A DNA stretch of 21,556 bases from Candidatus Thorarchaeota archaeon SMTZ1-45 (GTDB lineage Archaea; Asgardarchaeota; Thorarchaeia; Thorarchaeales; Thorarchaeaceae). Below are positions 6,994-15,991 of the stretch, piece by piece. The position numbers and the translations under genes are program-made. The notes below the pieces were generated by a model. It had not been told where the DNA came from and did not search any database. It worked only from the letters and a program-made list of their open reading frames with translations. Every line of letters begins with the position of its first letter. Position 1 is the stretch's first letter. The DNA lies in the NCBI GenBank assembly GCA_001563335.1, contig LRSL01000039.1:1-21556 (forward strand). The letters are read 5' to 3'.

Positions 6994-7929
6994 TTAAGGT
7001 CTGTAGACTCGGGCAGCATTCTCCCAGTATAGCTTCCGAAGAACAGAGAGAGGTAAATCAAGGCCATTTATGAAAGTACCACCTGAGTCCTTGGTGTCTT
7101 CATCCTCGAACGGGAGGGGCTCATCTTGAACATCTGTTTCCCATAATAATCTCTGAGCAAGATATCTGGCGCCGAAGTACTCCATTTCACCACGGTGGGC
7201 TGACAAATCTGTTCCGAACAGAATTCTTTCTGTATACTTCAATAGAAACTTCTTGGCTTTGACTACATCCTTGCTCAGCTCGCGTGCCATCCATCTTGAA
7301 GATGCTGTGTCGAGGATGATGTTCGAGAACCTGTCTAACCAACTACTGAGATTTGCAAGCCGGTGTATCTCAGACTGTGCGCCAAAGTGTGGAATCTGAA
7401 AAAGCAGTCGAGTGTGTCGTTCTAGAACTCCTTCTATCTGACTCAAATTGTCTTCCTTTGTCCCATACTTTGATGCATCTTGATAATGCAGTTGAAAGTA
7501 AGTGTCAGGATCTGCAACATGAATCAGTAGTGGAAGTTCGCAATCTTCAAGAGCTTGGAATACAGGGTCAAGCTTTGGACTATCAATTCTGAAGTCGCTT
7601 GGTACATCTTCAATATAGTCACGCCAGCGAGGACCGAACCAAGTCTTTGCAAGTGAATATCCCTCGTCTTTTGTCTTTGAAATATCATCAATGACTGGCT
7701 CAACATTATAGTGTGCAATATCTCTCAGGGACAGATATTTTGCAAAGACGAAACGCTCGGGATACTTCTCTCTAGCGTATTCGAATCCATCCTTTGAGTG
7801 GACAATCCCAATCTGTGTGGCCACACCAAACTTATCTTCGATTCTTAGCATCTTATCGATAGTTTCTGGTTCACCAATATGGGTGTGAGCATCAAAGATG
7901 GGTCCTTTGTATTTCCACTCTTCCGTCAA
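6994..7929 (-). CDS. Amidohydrolase family (Amidohydro_2-like) metal-dependent hydrolase
   Basis: IFDAHTH (HxH), LLIHVADP, PHFG and RILFGTD metal-ligand motifs; YWENAARVY C-terminus. Confidence 0.88.
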   Translation of the reverse strand: MTEEWKYKGPIFDAHTHIGEPETIDKMLRIEDKFGVATQIGIVHSKDGFEYAREKYPERFVFAKYLSLRDIAHYNVEPVIDDISKTKDEGYSLAKTWFGPRWRDYIEDVPSDFRIDSPKLDPVFQALEDCELPLLIHVADPDTYFQLHYQDASKYGTKEDNLSQIEGVLERHTRLLFQIPHFGAQSEIHRLANLSSWLDRFSNIILDTASSRWMARELSKDVVKAKKFLLKYTERILFGTDLSAHRGEMEYFGARYLAQRLLWETDVQDEPLPFEDEDTKDSGGTFINGLDLPLSVLRKLYWENAARVYRP

Positions 7930-8056
7930 GATTCACCAACACGCTGGATTATCATCTATTGAAAAGCCATTCTGTATAGGTCATCAACTCACAATTTCTG
8001 CTTTAATGGACACCTTATTTTGAATCCGCTTTCAGAAAGACTTGAGGAGAATTTGC

Positions 8057-8623
8057 ATGCGAGTGGTGGTGCTTCACGGAAGTCCAAGAAGAGGAGGAAA
8101 CTCAGACACCTTGGCTGAATACTTCGTGAAAGGAGTGAAAGAAACTGGTGACTTTGAGGTTCTAGACTTCATCTTGAATGATATGGATATCAGACCATGC
8201 CAAGGGTGTGAGTCATGTGCCGCATCAGCAGAGCACAAATGCGCGATAGACGATGACATGCATCAGATCTACTCCGTATTTGCTGAAGCTGATATTGTAG
8301 TCTGGGCGACTCCGATGTACTGGGGATACATGACAGCTCAGATGAAGATAGCACTGGACAGGATGGAGGCTCTTGCAATGGACCCTGAGAAATACTGGGT
8401 GAATAAAGAGTTTGTCGCAATTCTGACATATCGTTATCATTACCAGTCAACCATTGGGTTCTTTGAGCGGATTCAAGACTATTTCAGATTCAAGTTCAAC
8501 TCTATATTGTACTGTTCGAAGAACGAAGATGGTCCTGAGGACTTTCACGTGTCAACGTGTCAAGACAAGTTGGATGAAACGAGTAGTTTGGGTAGAGCAA
8601 TCGGTATCAAAATAATTACCTAA
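8057..8623 (+). CDS. Flavodoxin-like iron-sulfur flavoprotein (NADPH-dependent FMN reductase family)
   Basis: HGSPRRGGNS FMN loop, CQGCESC...C cluster motif, ATPMYWG, K-x-x-LDR. GAGGAG precedes ATG 8057 (the ORF track starts at TTG 8042). Confidence 0.9.
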   Translation: MRVVVLHGSPRRGGNSDTLAEYFVKGVKETGDFEVLDFILNDMDIRPCQGCESCAASAEHKCAIDDDMHQIYSVFAEADIVVWATPMYWGYMTAQMKIALDRMEALAMDPEKYWVNKEFVAILTYRYHYQSTIGFFERIQDYFRFKFNSILYCSKNEDGPEDFHVSTCQDKLDETSSLGRAIGIKIIT

Positions 8624-8642
8624 TGGCATCGAATGAGAGCCA

Positions 8643-8918
8643 CTAGGCTGTTTGAAGGCTCATGAGCTTCAAACACTTAGGACACACAATTGTCCTGTTT
8701 TGTTGAAGGTCAGAAGTCGTAGGTTTCAATATTGTTTTGCAACTTGGACATTTTATGACATTTTCGGCAAGTCTAGTCATGGGTCTTGAGGATTTCTTAG
8801 AGGGAGTAAATGTCCTCTTGGACTGGTTTTTATCTTGAACAAAAAGACGACAGGCAATTTGGATGATAATAGCGAGAATATACAGAAGGATGTACACTGC
8901 GTTGTATGATGGACGCAT
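8643..8918 (-). CDS. Small membrane-anchored zinc-ribbon protein
   Basis: N-terminal hydrophobic helix, basic linker, CPSC-x17-CPKC. Confidence 0.6.
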   Translation of the reverse strand: MRPSYNAVYILLYILAIIIQIACRLFVQDKNQSKRTFTPSKKSSRPMTRLAENVIKCPSCKTILKPTTSDLQQNRTIVCPKCLKLMSLQTA

Positions 8919-8973
8919 TGATGTATCTACTTACTCACTATACATTACGACACCTTTTCTAATAGGGTTGTCG

Positions 8974-9486
8974 CTAATTCTGCTTCTCCAACCAAGCAAG
9001 AATATGTTTCATGTGAGATTGAAGATGCCAATGTCGCCATAGGACTATTGTCTGTCCAGTAATTGGTTCCTGAGCCCATGCATAATCGAATACACTATCA
9101 AGGTGCTTCTTGCTAAGCTTCTTCACGTGTTCAATCACAAGAGCAAAGGTTTCATTGCATTCTTCTACAACCTCTTGCAGTGGTCGATCACGATTTTGGT
9201 GATGGATTTCAAGATTGAGGATGACCATCTCCTCCTTAATCTCATCCATGGTTTCACCTTTGACGAGCATTATGGGTTTCTCGCCCCTGTAGACAGACTC
9301 AATCCACAGAATACCATGCTTATTCCAAGCTGTTATGTGTGCCAGGAGGTCCTTGATTGACCTTTCGCCCTGCACTCCCGACATCTCCATTTGAGATTCA
9401 TTGAGACCCTTCAACAGGTTTTGGAGTTTTTTGTGTGCTTTTAGGAGAATCTCAATTAATTCTGTTGTAGTCATATCCGAGCTCAC
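8974..9486 (-). CDS. DinB-superfamily four-helix bundle (ClbS/DfsB-like)
   Basis: SIKDLLAHITAW motif and C-terminal H-x-x-x-H (HLQSH). Confidence 0.8.
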   Translation of the reverse strand: MSSDMTTTELIEILLKAHKKLQNLLKGLNESQMEMSGVQGERSIKDLLAHITAWNKHGILWIESVYRGEKPIMLVKGETMDEIKEEMVILNLEIHHQNRDRPLQEVVEECNETFALVIEHVKKLSKKHLDSVFDYAWAQEPITGQTIVLWRHWHLQSHMKHILAWLEKQN

Positions 9487-9570
9487 GCGCTTCTCAACCT
9501 TGATCTACTGCCAACCATACTATGTCAGTTTACTGAAGAGTTTTTAGACGGAATACGAGTTCAAGAACGA

Positions 9571-10419
9571 ATGATGATGGAGTTGTCGTTGAACTCGGTG
9601 GCTCTAGTGATGTGCAGGAACAGTATCAAGATGGCACTTGAAGAAGGGCTCTCTCACATTAGCGGTTTTGGTGTTCTGGAATCACCAGTCCTTGTGAAAC
9701 CAAACATATGTACTATATCCGATGATACTGGATACTCTGTCACTCGTGTTGAAACTGTCAGGGCTCTGATTGAATTGCTATTGAAGGTTGATGAGAAACT
9801 GTCAATCAAGATTATAGAGTCTGACAGCCAGAGTAAGTATGCAGAAGCGGCTTTCCAGAAGTTCGGATACACTCAACTCTGTGTTGACATGCAAGATTCT
9901 GGGTTCGATGTCAGTACAGTTGATCTGAGTAGAGCACCTCTTATAGAAATGGAGTTCATGGGAGATTACTTCGAGAATCCAGAACTACCAGAGATAATTC
10001 TCGATGCGGGCTACTTCATTTCAGTTGCAATTCCCAAGACACACTATCTGTCGTTCATCACAGGGGTTTTGAAGAATCTCTTTGGGATACTTCCCAGAAA
10101 GGATCAATCGTTCTATCATTCAAAAATCAATGAGGTGATTGTCGACCTTGCTAGAATCATCAAACCAAACCTGAATGTTGTGGACGCAAGAGTCGGGGTT
10201 GAGGGGTGGAATGGTCCTAGGACGAGGAAACTTGATGCATTCATATTAGGACGTGGAGCAGTATCTGTTGACTCAACCATGGCGAGGATAATGGGTTTCA
10301 AACCTGAACAAATTCGTCATATTATGGACACCCATGGTTATGGTTTGGGCACAATCAATCCTATTGTTCTTGGTGAACCCATCCAAAAGATTGCTGTTCA
10401 ATTTAAACCTCCGAGATAG
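9571..10419 (+). CDS. DUF362 domain protein
   Basis: VLVKPN, IIESD, PKTH, ITGVLKNLFG, VVDA and VSVD motifs. Confidence 0.88.
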   Translation: MMMELSLNSVALVMCRNSIKMALEEGLSHISGFGVLESPVLVKPNICTISDDTGYSVTRVETVRALIELLLKVDEKLSIKIIESDSQSKYAEAAFQKFGYTQLCVDMQDSGFDVSTVDLSRAPLIEMEFMGDYFENPELPEIILDAGYFISVAIPKTHYLSFITGVLKNLFGILPRKDQSFYHSKINEVIVDLARIIKPNLNVVDARVGVEGWNGPRTRKLDAFILGRGAVSVDSTMARIMGFKPEQIRHIMDTHGYGLGTINPIVLGEPIQKIAVQFKPPR

Positions 10420-10477
10420 AAGGGGAACTATGTTTCTTATGCAAACCCTTGAAAAGCAGTAATTTTATCATCTGAAT

Positions 10478-10888
10478 ATGCGACGTGTCCTCTTTCTCTG
10501 CACAGGCAATTCAGCCAGAAGTCAGATGGCTGAGGCACTCCTCAAACATCTAGGTGGAACGGAGTATGAGGTGCGTAGTGCAGGTACGAAACCTCAAACA
10601 CATGTTAATCCATTTGCCATCGAAGTTTTGAAAGAGAGAGGTGTTCCAACTGAAGGACTCTATCCCAAGCTTGTCAATGACTTCGTGAACCAAGAGTTTG
10701 ACCTTGTTGTTACTGTCTGTGATAGTGCAAGACAGGTTTGTCCACACTTTCCAAATGCAAAACAAATGGAGCACTGGTCTCTTGAAGACCCAGCAGCCTT
10801 CGAAGGAGCCTATGATGAGATTCTCTTCACTTTTAGAGAGACTCTTGAAGACATTGAGGGGAAAATAAGAAACAGAATTTTGAACTAG
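10478..10888 (+). CDS. arsC: Arsenate reductase, thioredoxin-coupled LMW-PTP family
   Basis: CTGNSARSQMAE P-loop, SAGT, VTVCDSARQVCP resolving cysteines, HWSLEDP. Confidence 0.92.
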   Translation: MRRVLFLCTGNSARSQMAEALLKHLGGTEYEVRSAGTKPQTHVNPFAIEVLKERGVPTEGLYPKLVNDFVNQEFDLVVTVCDSARQVCPHFPNAKQMEHWSLEDPAAFEGAYDEILFTFRETLEDIEGKIRNRILN

Positions 10889-12901
10889 CTACTTGTCAAT
10901 CCAGCCCTCAAATTTTCTCTGAAGTGTCTTGGTATAGACTTTTCTCCAATCATAGTCTACCTTGTCACACCACTTGTATACAACCTTTGGATGAACATAT
11001 GATTTGAGGGAGGTTCCTAGATTCCATGTGCGACAGTCCCTTGCAAGTGTAAAATCAACTTCTATCTTCTTCTTGGCAAGTTCTGCTTTCTTCACACGTT
11101 CCTTGGTGGTTTCAACAGCTCTCTCGGCTCTAGCTATTCGCTCTGTAGATTTTTCCTTCCACTCGTTGAGGATCTTCTGTTGTTTTTCTAGAGATTGTCT
11201 ACTCTTCTGATATCGTTCTCGAGCGCTTACTAGTCCAGCTTCTGCGTTTTCCAACCGATCACGTGCTCGATCTATTCGTTCCTGAGCCTCTTCCAATCGC
11301 TCCTTTTTGGTGGATTTTCCTTTAAGCTTGCTTGTTCTTGTACGACTTTTCTGAGCTCGAGCATTGTCCCAAGTCATTTTGGCTTTGTCACGCTTCTCTC
11401 GCCATGACTTGACAGATGCCATGTTCTTCTCAACTGATTCCTTTTGCTTTGAGATGCGAGCCTGTTTCCCCTTTCTTAGCTCTTCTTCCTTTTTCCTCAC
11501 CATTCGAAGACGTTGCTGTTTCTCTTTCAGTTGTAAAAGTGCTTTCTGAATTCTTGTTTCAGCTTTCCTGATACGTTGTCTGTATCTATCAGCACTGCGG
11601 CTCCATCCCTTTGGAGCTTGCTTTGTATGGTTCATAACGCGGGCTACTTCAAGGTTCGCACGCTTGAAAGCCTTCTTCTTCATGAACTCAGGATCCACTT
11701 TCTTCGCCTTACTGGTCTTGAGTTCTTCACGCATCGTCACTGTGGCATGATAGGTACGAAATACTTTGGCTGTGAGTTCGGGATAGACTTCACTTAGAAA
11801 TCGGTTTACATGAGTACTTCCGATAGACGGGAATATTTGGGCTATCTTTTTGGGAGCCCCACCGGTTCTCTTACTCTTTCTTCTGCTAAATGATTCAATG
11901 CGCTCAAGAGCATTATCATGCAGCTCCTTCAATTCATCATAGACAACTGGAAGCATCTCAACTTCCTTGTGCCATCGAACACTGTCCTTTCCTAGAAAAT
12001 CAAAGACTACTGTGTTTTCTCGAAATGTCAAGTGCTCAGCTCTGAGCGTGGTCGCACCAACTGTGTCTGCCTCTTCTGGGTCTTTCTCATCTCCAACACG
12101 AAGGCTGAAACGATCAATCAAGTAACAAGCTGCAGCGACCATTCTTCTCTTTGGATTTTCAGAATGTAATCCATCCATGATATGCGAGCGAATCACGTCT
12201 ATCCATCGTTCCACTCGCAGAGCCCTATCGAACTTTGCAGCTTCGCGTTCTTGTTTGATTGGTGTGCTATCGTGAAGCCAGATGTACTTCACTTTACCAG
12301 TCAGCTCATCAGTCCATTTTGCAATCCACATAGTATCAGGAGCCCACACGAGTTCCCCCCACTCACCTTCCAAGCTTGATAGTCCCTCTGGACTGATATT
12401 CAAAGTGATGTCCTTCTTAGTAGCTCCCTGTTTCCACCTGCCCCTCAGGGGATGGTTTCCCCGCCCCATGAAGATGCCTGATGGTTCAGTCTGGTAGTTG
12501 CCAAGTTCCATCCTCTCACCATCAACTAGTGCATAACCATACTTCTGTTTTAGTTGTTCACGGGTCGCTATTCGATCCTCACGAACAGCCTTCTTCTCCT
12601 CAGAGGTCATGTTTTCCTTAGACGCTCTTTCCTCCTCCACTACCTGAATCACTTCACTAAAGTCGACCTCATCAATGTTCAAAACTGGCTCTACTCCAAG
12701 TGCTTTGCTGAAATCAGTCATGAAGTTACTCGCAAAGATAGGGTCATCAACATAGGGAGTGCCAAGTTTCTTGACCCAAGCAACAGCCATCTCTTCTTGA
12801 AGCTGCGAAAGGATGATCTCTCTTTCTCTTGCTCTAATTGAAAGTCCACGCGGTTGAGGTGGTTCAATGACAAGAATGCCATTGTGTATCAGTGATTCCA
12901 T
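10889..12901 (-). CDS. top1: DNA topoisomerase IB, eukaryote-like, with long coiled-coil linker
   Basis: EPSGIFMGRGNHPLRGRWK, catalytic R (LRVGDEKD), DTVGATTLR, K (FDFLGKDS), R (LTAKVFRTY), H (MNH) and Tyr (LGTSLKSYVHP). Confidence 0.95.
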   Translation of the reverse strand: MESLIHNGILVIEPPQPRGLSIRAREREIILSQLQEEMAVAWVKKLGTPYVDDPIFASNFMTDFSKALGVEPVLNIDEVDFSEVIQVVEEERASKENMTSEEKKAVREDRIATREQLKQKYGYALVDGERMELGNYQTEPSGIFMGRGNHPLRGRWKQGATKKDITLNISPEGLSSLEGEWGELVWAPDTMWIAKWTDELTGKVKYIWLHDSTPIKQEREAAKFDRALRVERWIDVIRSHIMDGLHSENPKRRMVAAACYLIDRFSLRVGDEKDPEEADTVGATTLRAEHLTFRENTVVFDFLGKDSVRWHKEVEMLPVVYDELKELHDNALERIESFSRRKSKRTGGAPKKIAQIFPSIGSTHVNRFLSEVYPELTAKVFRTYHATVTMREELKTSKAKKVDPEFMKKKAFKRANLEVARVMNHTKQAPKGWSRSADRYRQRIRKAETRIQKALLQLKEKQQRLRMVRKKEEELRKGKQARISKQKESVEKNMASVKSWREKRDKAKMTWDNARAQKSRTRTSKLKGKSTKKERLEEAQERIDRARDRLENAEAGLVSARERYQKSRQSLEKQQKILNEWKEKSTERIARAERAVETTKERVKKAELAKKKIEVDFTLARDCRTWNLGTSLKSYVHPKVVYKWCDKVDYDWRKVYTKTLQRKFEGWIDK

Positions 12902-12981
12902 TTAGAGTCCTCGTCGTCTGTCGTTTCCAACCGGTGTTAACAAAAGGATTACGCTATCGAACTATGCAGAATTATGATGAA

Positions 12982-13056
12982 TGGTGCGGCCACCGGGATT
13001 CGAACCCGGGTCACGAGCTTGGAAGGCTCGAATCATAACCCCTAGACTATGGCCGC
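12982..13056 (-). tRNA. tRNA-Gly(TCC), intron-less, encoded CCA
   Basis: Reverse complement GCGGCCA TA GTCT AGGGGTTA TGAT T CGAGC CTTCCAA GCTCG TGAC CCGGG TTCGAAT CCCGG TGGCCGC ACCA folds as a full cloverleaf. Confidence 0.97.
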
Positions 13057-13082
13057 TTTGAGAGCAAGGCATTCTTAGTATT

Positions 13083-13091
13083 GATTTAAGC
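13083..13091 (-). promoter_or_regulatory. Putative TATA box of tRNA-Gly(TCC)
   Basis: CTTAAAT on the minus strand about 30 nt upstream of tRNA position 1. Confidence 0.55.
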
Positions 13092-13167
13092 GTATTGTTC
13101 AAGTTACGAAAAAGTTAGAAACACTGCCTCTTGGAGGAGTTGTAGAGTGCCGAGGTCTGTGTGTTTG

Positions 13168-13365
13168 ATGGAGCGATTTCGTTATGCAACACCCATGCTC
13201 CTTCTACTGGGGATACTCGCAGTTGTGGTGGCAAGTATTTCCCTGCCTTCACCAGCGAATAATCCATTTTCAAACATCCCTACTCTGGTTATGGGAGTGT
13301 TGATGATTGCTTTTGCAATCATCCTTTCAATTATTGCCAGAAGGGGAGAACTTGAAGAAACATAA
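13168..13365 (+). CDS. Small two-TM hypothetical protein
   Basis: Two hydrophobic helices. ATG 13168 (MERFRY) is the likely start within ORF 13147..13365. Confidence 0.65.
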   Translation: MERFRYATPMLLLLGILAVVVASISLPSPANNPFSNIPTLVMGVLMIAFAIILSIIARRGELEET

Positions 13366-13374
13366 CCCTCATTC

Positions 13375-14091
13375 TCAAATAACAGAATATCTGTTCTTGA
13401 CAACATCTATTCTTAGCGAGTACAACCATAAGAATTCTGCACAGATATGCCAGGTCATCATCATCTCCTTATCTAATTCGAGATGTGTGTCGAAGTATGA
13501 CGTTATCTCCTCGGGTTGGGGACCATGTGGGAATGCTCCAACACCCACAATCACAGGAATTGAGGAATCTTGAGGGAGCAAGTTTTGAAGATTTTCCACT
13601 GATGTCTTTTTCCCGCTCTCAGAGGCTAAAAGCGTCATTGAGGAGGGACTTCCATCTTTCAATTCTGAGATTAGATTTCCGAGTGTTATATCTACAAACC
13701 GCAAGAGAGGGTCGCCTTGTGGAGGAACACGCCCTTCGAGTAGGAGTTGTTCGATCAATCCAACAAATCGGTCATAGTTTCGAGGAAGTCTAACATCGGG
13801 GTGCACCTCGACTATACTACCATCTTGAAGGTGTAGGTGTACACTGAGAAGACCTTCCTTACAGAGGGGGGTTTCAAGAATTGAAAGTAAGCTGAGATAT
13901 GTAATGTCTGGTCGCCCTCTGCGTTCACTCAGAGAGAGTTTTGTCATTGATTGACCGTGGTGTGTCTGATCAAGGATAATCTCAGAGGGTTTCTTTCCCC
14001 GACGTGCGGAATATTTCTGGATTTGTTTTAGACTAGTAATTTCTCTAGGTATCAATTCAATTGCACAGTCAAGGAGTATGATATGTAGCAT
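13375..14091 (-). CDS. nep1: 16S rRNA pseudouridine N1-methyltransferase Nep1/Emg1 (SPOUT)
   Basis: ILDQTHH, RGRPDI, RLPRNYDRFVGLIEQLL and VGVGAFPHG motifs. Confidence 0.93.
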   Translation of the reverse strand: MLHIILLDCAIELIPREITSLKQIQKYSARRGKKPSEIILDQTHHGQSMTKLSLSERRGRPDITYLSLLSILETPLCKEGLLSVHLHLQDGSIVEVHPDVRLPRNYDRFVGLIEQLLLEGRVPPQGDPLLRFVDITLGNLISELKDGSPSSMTLLASESGKKTSVENLQNLLPQDSSIPVIVGVGAFPHGPQPEEITSYFDTHLELDKEMMMTWHICAEFLWLYSLRIDVVKNRYSVI

Positions 14092-14170
14092 TGGTATTCT
14101 CCTTAAGGAATGTTCAACACGAACGATTTAAGCAGTTTGACCTATCTTTCATTGTTGTAGAGGCTTGTGT

Positions 14171-14494
14171 ATGTCAAAAAGAAGTCACCCAAGAGTCAAG
14201 GCGAAACGTCTTGCAGAAGTGAGGGTGGAGATTCTTTGGGAACAGGCAAAGAAAGCAATTAAATCCGGTAGACCAGAAATAGCAAGACAACAGATGTTCA
14301 GTGCCCGAAAAATCGCACAGAGGACAAGGACCAAGCTGCCACAACATATCAACCGAAGAGTCTGTAGGAGTTGCGGGAGCATTCTGGTACCAGGAGATAA
14401 TTGTAGGGTTAGAGTGCGACATAATAGGTCAAAACATCTTGCAGTGACCTGCTTGAACTGTGGGAGAGTAAAAAGGTACGACATCAACAAGTGA
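14171..14494 (+). CDS. rnp4: Ribonuclease P protein component 4 (Rpp21)
   Basis: Helical N-terminus, CRSC...LVPG...RVR...TCLNCG zinc ribbon; conserved position upstream of yhbY-rps19e. Confidence 0.92.
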   Translation: MSKRSHPRVKAKRLAEVRVEILWEQAKKAIKSGRPEIARQQMFSARKIAQRTRTKLPQHINRRVCRSCGSILVPGDNCRVRVRHNRSKHLAVTCLNCGRVKRYDINK

Positions 14495-14545
14495 GTCGTA
14501 GGCATAGCTTAATACAGGTTCCTGAAGATTGTAGGTTGAATTTAG

Positions 14546-14830
14546 ATGAAAAACGACAAAGATTCTGTCAGAATAAAGATTACTTGGCAGGAACCAGCAC
14601 TTATGCAGATTGGGAAAGGAGGTGTTTCTGCAAACATCATAGAGGAGGCAAAAAGGCTCCTCAAGAAACATCAGTATATGAAAGTCCGCATTCTAAGGAG
14701 TGCACTTGGTGACTCAACCAAAGGAGACTTGTTGAGTTCCCTTTGTCAGAAGACGGGAGCGAAGCTCGATGGTTTTCGCGGAAACACTGCGGTAATCTAT
14801 AAGACCCGACAGATGCAAGCCTTCCAATGA
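14546..14830 (+). CDS. yhbY: YhbY/CRM-domain RNA-binding protein
   Basis: QIGKGG (GxxG), MKVRIL, RGNTAVIY. Confidence 0.9.
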   Translation: MKNDKDSVRIKITWQEPALMQIGKGGVSANIIEEAKRLLKKHQYMKVRILRSALGDSTKGDLLSSLCQKTGAKLDGFRGNTAVIYKTRQMQAFQ

Positions 14831-14897
14831 TTCTGAAGCACCTAATACTTGGTTTTAATCCTCTGATCATATTAGTTTCATCAAACACAACGACAAC

Positions 14898-14905
14898 CTT
14901 TTATG
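14898..14905 (+). promoter_or_regulatory. Putative TATA box of the rps19e operon
   Basis: CTTTTATG preceded by an A-rich BRE-like stretch, about 95 nt upstream of the rps19e ATG. Confidence 0.45.
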
Positions 14906-14998
14906 CGGACTCTAGACGGTGGTTCCAGCCTTTTGAGGTAGGTCAGCCGCTAAACTTGGGTGAGGTGACCTGTTCTCAATGAGATTGGTGACAAACAT

Positions 14999-15451
14999 AT
15001 GCCTACTGTCTATGATATTCCAGCAAATATCCTCATACGTCGACTTGCTCAGGACCTGAAGTCCAGAGAGGAGATAGCTGTTCCAGACTGGATGCCGTTT
15101 GCGAAGACTGGTGCTCATAGAGAGCGGGGTCCAGATGACCCAGAATTCTGGTATGTCAGATGTGCAAGTATTCTCCGCAAGATATACTTGAACGGTCCAA
15201 TTGGAACTGAGAAGTTGCGTATTGCATACGGTGGAAAAAAGAGACGTGGCGTAAAGCCAAACAAGTTTCAGAAAGGGAGTGGGTCTATCGTAAGGACCGC
15301 ACTGCAACAGCTTGAAAGAGCTGGATTCATCAAGAAGCAAGGAAATAAAGGTAGAGAGATGACCGACATTGGTAGGTCATATATGGACAAACTGTCATCA
15401 ACTCTAAAGAAAGAACTCTCACAGGCAATTCCAGAACTGGAGAAGTACTAA
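14999..15451 (+). CDS. rps19e: 30S ribosomal protein eS19
   Basis: MPTVYDIPA, KTGAHRERGP, WYVRCASILRKIY, GSGSIVRTALQQLE; GGTGA SD. Confidence 0.97.
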   Translation: MPTVYDIPANILIRRLAQDLKSREEIAVPDWMPFAKTGAHRERGPDDPEFWYVRCASILRKIYLNGPIGTEKLRIAYGGKKRRGVKPNKFQKGSGSIVRTALQQLERAGFIKKQGNKGREMTDIGRSYMDKLSSTLKKELSQAIPELEKY

Positions 15452-15469
15452 GCTGGGTGATAAGGCAAA

Positions 15470-15799
15470 ATGAGTGATGATGAACTCGAAGCGATCCGCC
15501 AGAGAAAGGAGGCTCAACTTCGGGAGCAGGCACTCAGAGAACAAGCCAATGAGCAGCAAGCTGCTGAAGCCCAAGCACAAAAGGAAGCTCTGCTCAGGCA
15601 GATTCTCACTCCTGAAGCACGTGCCCGACTAACGAACATAAGAATGGTCAAACCTCAGTTTGCTGAGCAAATTGAGATTCAACTCATTCAACTGGCGACT
15701 GCTGGAAGGCTTAGAGCACGTGTGACTGATGAACAACTGAAAGGACTCCTGCAACAACTTCAGGGAAAGGAACGAGAACGGAAAATATCATTCAGATGA
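15470..15799 (+). CDS. PDCD5/TFAR19-like dsDNA-binding protein
   Basis: [36 protein letters not shown]; standard synteny after rps19e. Confidence 0.93.
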   Translation: MSDDELEAIRQRKEAQLREQALREQANEQQAAEAQAQKEALLRQILTPEARARLTNIRMVKPQFAEQIEIQLIQLATAGRLRARVTDEQLKGLLQQLQGKERERKISFR

Positions 15800-15821
15800 A
15801 TTGCTGTTAAAGGTGACTAAA

Positions 15822-15977
15822 ATGGCACGAAACAAACCACTAGCAAAGAAAATGAGGATGGCGAAAGCAATGAGAAGTAACTCCTCAGTACCTACATGGG
15901 TCATTGTCAAGACCGGCGGTAAGTTGAGAAGAACACCTTCGCAGCGTAATTGGCGTCAGACAAAGCTAAAACCATAA
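15822..15977 (+). CDS. rpl39e: 50S ribosomal protein eL39 (absent from the ORF track, 51 aa)
   Basis: Translation [51 protein letters not shown]; AGGTGA SD. Confidence 0.96.
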   Translation: MARNKPLAKKMRMAKAMRSNSSVPTWVIVKTGGKLRRTPSQRNWRQTKLKP

Positions 15978-15991
15978 TCAGGTGGGCATAG

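Noticed and set aside
1981-12981. Provirus, IS or classical integrative element between the tRNAs
   Set aside because: No integrase, transposase, capsid, replication or conjugation genes were recognised, and no terminal inverted repeats were seen.
14912-15340. 142-aa minus-strand ORF
   Set aside because: Antisense shadow of rps19e.
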